Part shown: in pieces, positions 50,271 through 56,772 of the stretch
Layout of the letters: each line of letters begins with the position of its first letter
How positions within the stretch are numbered: the stretch's first letter is position 1
IMG/VR virus record: IMGVR_UViG_3300036944_000989
Span: 1 to 56,772 of that record
DNA: 56,772 nucleotides
Strand: one strand, 5' to 3'
DNA from: a virus
Taxonomy: Duplodnaviria; Caudoviricetes
Position numbers and translations under genes: made by a program
Notes under the pieces: model-generated
Databases searched by the model: none
What the model was told of the DNA's origin: nothing
What the model saw: only the letters and a program-made list of their open reading frames with translations

Positions 50271-50606
50271 TTAGTCTTTATTATTTAAAACATTCAATGA
50301 AGGATGAAAAGGATTTATAGCAACATTATGAATAAGATATTTCATATCTTCAACATTTTCAATGTAGTATTCATAATACGTATCCATCATCAACCTCTCT
50401 TCTGATTTTTTTGATAAGTCAATTATTGATTTCATTCTAGGAAACATATGCGGAGTTTCCTTATACTCTTTACTGATTACAGCAAGAATACTTGTACTTG
50501 GATCATACAATATTTCATTGTACGGACAAGCGTCTGTCAAAGGTAATAATTTAAATGTATCATCTCCATTAAAATCTGCGTGATACACCATCATTGTTTT
50601 TAGCAT
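50271..50606 (-). CDS. Hypothetical protein
   Basis: 111-aa ORF in the replication operon. Confidence 0.7.
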   Translation of the reverse strand: MLKTMMVYHADFNGDDTFKLLPLTDACPYNEILYDPSTSILAVISKEYKETPHMFPRMKSIIDLSKKSEERLMMDTYYEYYIENVEDMKYLIHNVAINPFHPSLNVLNNKD

Positions 50607-50616
50607 AATTTTTATT

Positions 50617-51168
50617 TTAAACAGTGTGTATTTGTGAATGTTTTAGCACGCACGTTTCTTTTTCTTCATTGTAGCATTCGCATAATTCGCCAACACCTTT
50701 CAACAATTCTACATCCACTCCAAGAATTTCAGCATACTTGTCATAGTATACTTCTGGAAACAAATAAGACTCAATAAACACCCACTCAGGTGTATGGATA
50801 CCATAATAGTCACCCAACACCTGTTTAGCGTATGTTGTCAATTGAGAATACTTACCTTTAATAAAATTATCAAAGTCATCTTTGTAAATATTAAAGTTAA
50901 ATATGTAAATTATTGTTTTGTCATCAATCGTAAAAGATGATTCTAACATTTTATGTGGTATAAGTTGTTCTTTTTCAAACTGTAACCACTTTTCGTTAAC
51001 ATCTCTTTTATAGACGCATATCAATTTTCTGGCAGTTTTATCGTAAACGCCATCCCATACAATATATGTCTGCTTAGGTTTTATCTTATAACTCTTCTTT
51101 ATATTCAACAAAGGATACAAAAAGTTATAAGACTTTTGAAAATACTTGCGATAAATATCTTTTATCAT
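50617..51168 (-). CDS. Hypothetical protein of the crAss-like replication block
   Basis: 183 aa; KS..FLYPLL and F.KGKYS motifs; coupled to the exonuclease gene. Confidence 0.7.
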   Translation of the reverse strand: MIKDIYRKYFQKSYNFLYPLLNIKKSYKIKPKQTYIVWDGVYDKTARKLICVYKRDVNEKWLQFEKEQLIPHKMLESSFTIDDKTIIYIFNFNIYKDDFDNFIKGKYSQLTTYAKQVLGDYYGIHTPEWVFIESYLFPEVYYDKYAEILGVDVELLKGVGELCECYNEEKETCVLKHSQIHTV

Positions 51169-52205
51169 AATATTAGTTCTTTATCTATTAAAAATGAAAA
51201 TGGTAAATCAAAGTTTCTGTTTTCAAAATGATAAGCAGCTTCATTTAATTTAGCATTAGTATCTTTAATCCACAATTTTAATGTGTCAGTAGATATTCTA
51301 ATTGGTCCTACTTGCATATAAGAATCTATAACAATGAATCTAAATTCAAAACCATAGTCAGCATACTCTGGTTTACTAAAGTATACATTTTTTACTAATG
51401 CATAATAAATAGACGCTTGTATCCAGTATCTATAATACTCAATAGAATCAACAAATGAATTAATATCCTTACTTGTCTTTTTCAAATCGTTTACTCTAAT
51501 CACTTTGTTTGTGCGATCAATAACAAGATTATCTATAAAACCTCTTAACCCAAAAGGAATATTTTTAGGGAAAGCAGCAAGTTCTATTTCATTTAACACT
51601 TCAACATTGTCAGTAATGTTTTCTGTAACATAACCCATAAGCTTCATAACTTGATCAGAAGCTTTGATTACGTCTACTACATCTAAAGCATTGTCATACA
51701 TTGCTTTGTCAATCTTAATCTTACCTTCACAGTTCTGCATATATTCCCAATAGCTCTTGTGTTTATCAGTAATGATTTTTTCAATACGTTGTGCATCTGT
51801 TTTTAAAGATTGATACAAATTCATATCTTTTAGAATATCAAGTATTGCATACTCAAAATGCTCAAGAAGATATCTAGGATCTCCTGATTCTTTTAGTTCT
51901 GAATAATGAAAATAAAGTCTTTGTAATACTTCTTTTGGATTATCACTCGGTATATCTGTTGCCATAAGAACAAATTCTTTTTCAAAATCTTCAGGATTTA
52001 AAAATAAACAATGAATCAGTTTACCTTCAATCATGTTTTTGTCAGATGTATCGTCTTTCTGCCCTAATATATAGTGCATGTAAAACAATTTTGGACTAAA
52101 TAACAACTTATTCAAACCTGAATAAGACATCATAAAGTTTTTAGAGAAGAACTCTTCTTCTTTTTGCAGTAATTCTGCTTGCGTTGGCATTTTAAATACT
52201 TTCAT
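51165..52205 (-). CDS. PD-(D/E)xK exonuclease (RecB/ExoVIII-like)
   Basis: SYSGL, G.LIHC, NE, GFIDNL.ID, NDLKKT and Y.YWIQA.IY motifs. Confidence 0.8.
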   Translation of the reverse strand: MKVFKMPTQAELLQKEEEFFSKNFMMSYSGLNKLLFSPKLFYMHYILGQKDDTSDKNMIEGKLIHCLFLNPEDFEKEFVLMATDIPSDNPKEVLQRLYFHYSELKESGDPRYLLEHFEYAILDILKDMNLYQSLKTDAQRIEKIITDKHKSYWEYMQNCEGKIKIDKAMYDNALDVVDVIKASDQVMKLMGYVTENITDNVEVLNEIELAAFPKNIPFGLRGFIDNLVIDRTNKVIRVNDLKKTSKDINSFVDSIEYYRYWIQASIYYALVKNVYFSKPEYADYGFEFRFIVIDSYMQVGPIRISTDTLKLWIKDTNAKLNEAAYHFENRNFDLPFSFLIDKELIL

Positions 52206-52661
52206 TTACTTACAATTTTGCATATCTCTTAAAAAATATCTACCAAGAATATTACCATTATAACTATTAGAAGTCAACACATCATGTTTAATTTGATATG
52301 CCAACTCACAATAGTTTAAGTATTTCTTAGTACAACACAATTCAAGAATCTCGCGTTTATACATATGTTTACCTTCTATTTTAATCTCTGCAGTTAACTC
52401 TTTACAACTTCCCCAATAAGTCATCCAATCAGAAGCTCTAGAAACTCTTTTAGTTTTTCTTCGAGTTCCTGTTTCTGCTTTTTCTTTTTTAGTTATTGTT
52501 GTTTTTCTAGTAAACTCCAAACTCTTTTTACCAATGTAAAACTTACCAGTTTTAACATGAGTAATCTTATAAACAAAACCTGTAACATTCTGATAATCAG
52601 GGATGTCTTCTAATTTTGTTACTACTTTGTCATTGTATGAAGGTAAAATCCAATTTTCCAT
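52206..52661 (-). CDS. GIY-YIG nuclease-domain protein
   Basis: GFVYKIT...FYIGKK, W.TYWGS, REIL and YNGNI motifs. Confidence 0.75.
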   Translation of the reverse strand: MENWILPSYNDKVVTKLEDIPDYQNVTGFVYKITHVKTGKFYIGKKSLEFTRKTTITKKEKAETGTRRKTKRVSRASDWMTYWGSCKELTAEIKIEGKHMYKREILELCCTKKYLNYCELAYQIKHDVLTSNSYNGNILGRYFLRDMQNCK

Positions 52662-52672
52662 AAATAAAGTTT

Positions 52673-53689
52673 TTACAAATCTATAGAATTTTTATTCAAT
52701 TCTACATACTTTGCAATAGCTTTATCTAAAACGGGTATAAAACTATAAACCGCCTTGCTAATACCATGGTGTTTAACTATATCACTAAAATCTTTCTCAA
52801 TAGGTATATAGCAAAACGGTATATTATAGTTTTTAAGATAATGATTCATACTATCAATACCTGCTTTGTCACTATCCATATAAGTAACAACAGCATCGTA
52901 TTGATCTTTTAGTGTTTTAATAAACTCTGGTGACAGTTTAGAGTTCTCACTATGTGGTGCAATGACATCTACATCTAGCGAAGGAATGCTTTTTATAGAC
53001 ATGCAATCTTTTAAAGAAGATGTAATAATTAAATATTTTTTACCTTCTAATTGGTCAAAACCTTGAGTATGATCAAGTATTTTTAAGAATTTTTTATTTG
53101 ATTTAAGCGGTTGGTAAATCTTATAAGGTTGATTATTACTATCCATATACGCATATATAGAACCATGTGAAACAGTAAACTCTTCTTCTGTACTTACACC
53201 ATTAATACTCTTGCTCATGGTATAACTACTCAAAGGTTTTACATTATACTTTTGTAATAATTCACTACCTATATTAAACTGTAACCAGTAATTTGCATCT
53301 GCTTTTACCCAATTTCTAACTTCAAAATCAGATATTATCCATTTTGTATCAATGAATTCTTTTTTTTCTAAGGTTTTTCCAGATTTTAAATACAAACCAT
53401 AATCAGTTAGTATTTTTTCTGCAGCATCTTTAAATCCTAGATTCCATATATGCATCATTAAATTTACAGCTCTTCCTTGTTTACCAGTAGAAAAACATTT
53501 ATACTTATAGACTCCTTCTCTAGAATCATAATAAATATACATTGATGGATCATTGTCCTTTAAGTTAAATAAACTCTTCATTCTTATGCGTTGACCCATA
53601 AGCTTGTCAGGAATATCTAGATAGTTTTCAAAAATCCAATCAGCAGGTACACTATTGACATCGACTATAAAATTATTTAATGTAAACAT
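52673..53689 (-). CDS. DNA primase (crAss-type Toprim)
   Basis: N-terminal S.F...D..PS...YKCFSTG; Toprim LIITSSLKD and YMDSDKAG; KDFSD. Confidence 0.8.
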   Translation of the reverse strand: MFTLNNFIVDVNSVPADWIFENYLDIPDKLMGQRIRMKSLFNLKDNDPSMYIYYDSREGVYKYKCFSTGKQGRAVNLMMHIWNLGFKDAAEKILTDYGLYLKSGKTLEKKEFIDTKWIISDFEVRNWVKADANYWLQFNIGSELLQKYNVKPLSSYTMSKSINGVSTEEEFTVSHGSIYAYMDSNNQPYKIYQPLKSNKKFLKILDHTQGFDQLEGKKYLIITSSLKDCMSIKSIPSLDVDVIAPHSENSKLSPEFIKTLKDQYDAVVTYMDSDKAGIDSMNHYLKNYNIPFCYIPIEKDFSDIVKHHGISKAVYSFIPVLDKAIAKYVELNKNSIDL

Positions 53690-53701
53690 ACTACTAATAT
53701 T

Positions 53702-53733
53702 AAAAGAAAAGGGTAGACATTACATCTACCCTT
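53702..53733 (-). terminator. Intrinsic terminator after the SSB-like gene
   Basis: Minus strand AAGGGTAGA-tgtaatg-TCTACCCTT-TTCTTTT. Confidence 0.8.
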
Positions 53734-53756
53734 ACCTTTAAAAATAAAAAATTTAA

Positions 53757-54479
53757 CTATGGTAATTGCAAATCGTTAAGATTATCTTGGAAAACTGGAG
53801 CACTAGCAGCAAAAACATTACTTGCAGCAGGTGCAAAGCTTGTTACTTCTTCTGTTACTTCAGGTGCTTTTTTCTCATACACATGAACTGATTCATTGAA
53901 CTCAATCAATTTAGGATCTGTTTCATCTTTTGCATAAGCATATTTTCCTTCAGATTTCTTTGGTAAAAATAGAGAATAATTTGGATATTCAGATCCATCT
54001 TTATAATATCTTTGAGCACCAATTGTAAATGCAAATGTTAAAGAAGGTTTAGCAATAAACGCTTTAACGTTTGTTACCAATTCGTCAATTGTATCAGCTT
54101 CAATACCAAGTTCTTGGAACTTATTAAGCAATCCTACTTGAGTTAAGAATACACCCAAGAAACTTTGGATGGAATCATCTCTCTTAATAGTTTTACCTTT
54201 ATATTCCCAGTCTTTAAAAGCATATTGACTAGCTCTTACAGAAGCAATTTGTCCTTTATATGTACCTTTTGAAGGGTCTAATTTGTTAATATCGACACCT
54301 TTAAAATCCTCACCTAAGTCTGGACCTTCCAATACAAAAATCAAATTGTATTGTTCAGCATCGTAAGGAGTTTTTTCTAATCTTAAATCTATAATTCTAC
54401 ATGTGTGTGTACCTGGTAATAAGATTTTTGATACATAATTGCCTTCTGAAGGCGTAAAGTTGTTTAATCCGAATGACAT
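53757..54479 (-). CDS. Putative single-stranded DNA-binding protein
   Basis: Lies between the recombinase-like ATPase and the primase; flexible acidic C-terminal tail (DNLNDLQLP). Confidence 0.55.
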   Translation of the reverse strand: MSFGLNNFTPSEGNYVSKILLPGTHTCRIIDLRLEKTPYDAEQYNLIFVLEGPDLGEDFKGVDINKLDPSKGTYKGQIASVRASQYAFKDWEYKGKTIKRDDSIQSFLGVFLTQVGLLNKFQELGIEADTIDELVTNVKAFIAKPSLTFAFTIGAQRYYKDGSEYPNYSLFLPKKSEGKYAYAKDETDPKLIEFNESVHVYEKKAPEVTEEVTSFAPAASNVFAASAPVFQDNLNDLQLP

Positions 54480-54501
54480 AATTTTGTTTTTTTAATTGTT
54501 A

Positions 54502-56187
54502 TTAATCTATAAATATTTGATCCCAGTGTGATTGAAAAGAACCATCTTCAGCAATTTCAGAAAGTATAATTTCCTTATTTCTTAAATGTTCTGGTCGTGC
54601 ACCGCATACAACTTCATCTTGTGTTTTAAAACTCAAGATATTTTTGTCACCTTTTCTGTAAAGATAACCAATTGCATCTGATTTGGAAGTGGTAAAAATC
54701 TTTAACTTACCTGTTAAGTTGATATCAAGTGATTCAAATGTGTTACCATTTTTCTCTAGCATGGTATCTTTAACGTGACCTACTAAAATTAAGTGAGGTG
54801 TAATTGCTTTAAATCTTTTTACTACATCTTCAAATGCTTGACGTAACCAAGGATATCCTGCACCCATTGCAAGGTTCAAAATGTTTCCATGTTTAGGTTT
54901 ACCTACTGCAAACCAATTGGCACCCATCATTTATATTCTATGTAAAACGCAACCTTTACATACGTTCTCAGAGATCGCATCTCATGAACTGCTATATATT
55001 TCTATATAGATTAGACTATATCACGTTCTTTTTCAAGAACTCTCCTGTTTCCACTATCCTTAGCTTATAGTGTACTCCCTTGCGGGATAGTCGTTGAACC
55101 TTCATTGTATTTATAGATAGTAGATATATGATTTAAAAATTCAGATATTGTATAATTTTTTTTCATAAAATTACACATTTTACAACATGATACACAATTG
55201 TTAGTTGTATAACCTAGTTTATTATCTAGTCTATCTATACCATTATTTTTAACAGGAATATCTGTTTTATTATAATTTTTTGAAATTCCTGAAATTACAG
55301 GTTCTTTTCCACAATAATTACAATTATCAGATATAATTTTTTTAAATTCTTCTAATGATAGTTTAAAATCAAGATTTCTGTTTTTTGCACCATTTGCAGA
55401 TTGCAAATATAATACATTATATACAGTATCAGGTTTTGCTCTATTTATGCTTTTTAAAATTGCATTGCTTTGTCTACAATTTTTACAAGTATTTAATTTT
55501 TGAGTTCCTGTAAATCTATCACTTCTCATATAAGAATTACTATTGCAATTTAAACATTTAATATTATAAAATCTTCTACGATTTTTAATATGTGAAAAAC
55601 TTAAAACTTCTATCATATTAAATGTTTTACCTATTATTTTTTCATCTACTAATGATTTTTTACAATGCTTGGCTGCTGATTGACTTTCCATATTTTTAGT
55701 TATTAGGTTATACTACAATTTAATAATATATTCCCATATAACAAAATTCCCATATGATTAAGTTATTCCAGCAATTAAAGAGATTTTTCATACAACATCA
55801 CTATTGTATGCCCCAGTGGGTATGTCTAGGGGATTTAGAATATAAATACTCTGCATACGGTATACACATTTCCTCTAATGCAGATACAGTATCTAACGCA
55901 ATATATTTATATGGTTTACCAGCATTTACAATTGCAGTCTCAATATTAAATAATTCTTGTATAGAATTTGCTTTAATCTTCAATGCATCAGTATAATCTG
56001 AACCATTTTCTAAATCGATTAGTAAACAATTAGGAAGTTTTGAAAGTAATGTTGTTTTACCCACTTTAGGTTTACTAAATATCAATAAACTTTTAGGATT
56101 TTTAGATACAGCATTAACTATCCCTGTAGGTAATACTAGTCCTGGTGACACACTAGGAGCTGGTTCGCTTTTTTTAACTTCTGCCAT
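54502..56187 (-). CDS. AAA_24/Sak4-like ATPase; exon 1 56187-55828, exon 2 54927-54502 (261 aa spliced)
   Basis: Walker A (SKPKVGKTT) and Walker B (IALDT) lie in exon 1; GAGY, ILVGHVKD and SDAIGY lie in exon 2. The exons join in frame as ...YSKSP|MGANWF. Confidence 0.88.
54928..55827 (-). mobile_element. Group I intron (IA-like), 900 nt
   Basis: P1 CCCU|AG...CUGGGG with U.G at the splice site; P AAUUGCUGG; Q AAUCAGCAG; R GUUCAACGACUA; S GAUAUAGUC; terminal G at 54928; P10 UACCCA pairs with exon 2 UGGGUG. Confidence 0.9.
55065..55691 (-). CDS. Intron-encoded HNH homing endonuclease
   Basis: CNYCG ... NGIDRLDNKLGY...NCVSCCKMCNFMK; the ORF ends overlap intron elements Q and R. Confidence 0.85.
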   Translation of the reverse strand: MESQSAAKHCKKSLVDEKIIGKTFNMIEVLSFSHIKNRRRFYNIKCLNCNSNSYMRSDRFTGTQKLNTCKNCRQSNAILKSINRAKPDTVYNVLYLQSANGAKNRNLDFKLSLEEFKKIISDNCNYCGKEPVISGISKNYNKTDIPVKNNGIDRLDNKLGYTTNNCVSCCKMCNFMKKNYTISEFLNHISTIYKYNEGSTTIPQGSTL

Positions 56188-56188
56188 T

Positions 56189-56772
56189 TTATTTACTATT
56201 AATTAATTTGTTTAACCATCCTTTATTAGACTTAGGTGTATTGTGTACAATACAGTATATGTCTCTTATTGTCATATTACTATAATGAGAATCTTCTTTT
56301 TCTTCAATGAAAGGTTCGTCAATATCAAACTGTTCATTAAAACTTTCAGAAGAACTCACTTCTTCAACTGGTTCACTTAATGGAAACAACGACTTAATAG
56401 GCGTTGAATTCACAAGTTTTAAACTTGATAATCTAAAAGCATAAGATGGATATGGAAGAAGTGTGCCATCTGTTTTTTTAGTTATCTCTACATAAGATAT
56501 TTGATCTCTCCAATTTGGATTATTCTCAAATTTATATAATGTACGATAACCATTGTTATATGGTAAATCATCCCAATCATATAATTCGATATAAACATCT
56601 TGGTTCTTTGAAATCTGTTCAGCGTACACTCTAAAAACAGGGGAAGTTACTCCATCTGTCCCTATAAATTCGCTTCCTGAATAACAAAGTTTTGCATAAA
56701 ATAATGGGTTGTCAATACCCATTTCACTAAATAACGGTTCCCAAAAAGTTTTAAATTCTTCAGTTATTTCAT
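56189..56772 (-). CDS. Hypothetical protein, probably 5'-partial
   Basis: The frame stays open to the window edge; C-terminal MTIRD...P.S.K.WLN.LI. Confidence 0.7.
   Translation of the reverse strand, partial: EITEEFKTFWEPLFSEMGIDNPLFYAKLCYSGSEFIGTDGVTSPVFRVYAEQISKNQDVYIELYDWDDLPYNNGYRTLYKFENNPNWRDQISYVEITKKTDGTLLPYPSYAFRLSSLKLVNSTPIKSLFPLSEPVEEVSSSESFNEQFDIDEPFIEEKEDSHYSNMTIRDIYCIVHNTPKSNKGWLNKLINSK

Noticed and set aside
52673-53689. Primase as an inactive pseudogene (no Toprim Glu, degenerate Zn finger)
   Set aside because: The ORF is intact, retains DxD and KD.SD, and this degenerate pattern is, from my recollection, usual for crAss-type primases.
54502-56187. Two separate genes or a broken ATPase
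   Set aside because: Fully explained by the group I intron; the exons join in frame.
1-56772. Stop-codon reassignment (TAG or TGA), as in some crAss-like phages
   Set aside because: Code 11 gives dense, very long ORFs, and both TAG (43250) and TGA (ATGA overlaps) act as normal stops.
1-56772. CRISPR arrays, tRNA or rRNA genes
   Set aside because: Intergenic gaps are short and none showed a repeat-spacer or cloverleaf pattern by eye; a tRNAscan or CRISPR-finder run would confirm.

Overview
A 56.8-kb AT-rich segment of a crAss-like (Crassvirales-type) dsDNA phage, probably infecting an environmental Bacteroidota host and read with standard code 11. From left to right it contains: (1) a rightward block of Cys-poor virion cargo/ejection proteins, including a 5'-partial protein with a C-terminal R-S-E ADP-ribosyltransferase, two proteins with many xxGG motifs, a 4012-aa virion RNA polymerase with zincin and DUF4326-like domains, a small ART-like protein and a 2034-aa protein with a PD-(D/E)xK domain; (2) tail/receptor-binding genes and a GIY-YIG endonuclease; (3) a short leftward island with a DnaA-C-like HTH; (4) a lysis cassette with holin-like genes, an orphan chemoreceptor-type 4-helix-bundle membrane protein, an M15 endolysin and a spanin-like pair; (5) a leftward replication block with a spore-photoproduct-lyase-like radical SAM enzyme, dNMP kinase, PolB, EndoVII-type HNH, exonuclease, primase, SSB-like protein and an AAA ATPase split by a 900-nt group I intron. 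The most striking observation is that four consecutive cargo genes (7,916 aa, about 8 Cys by manual count) place 6 Cys at the termini facing the neighbouring gene product, suggesting a head-to-tail disulfide-linked ejection chain. Other highlights are the sensor-like protein in the lysis module and a homing endonuclease that seems to have displaced and replaced the PolB N-terminus. All family assignments come from motif recognition by eye; no searches were run.
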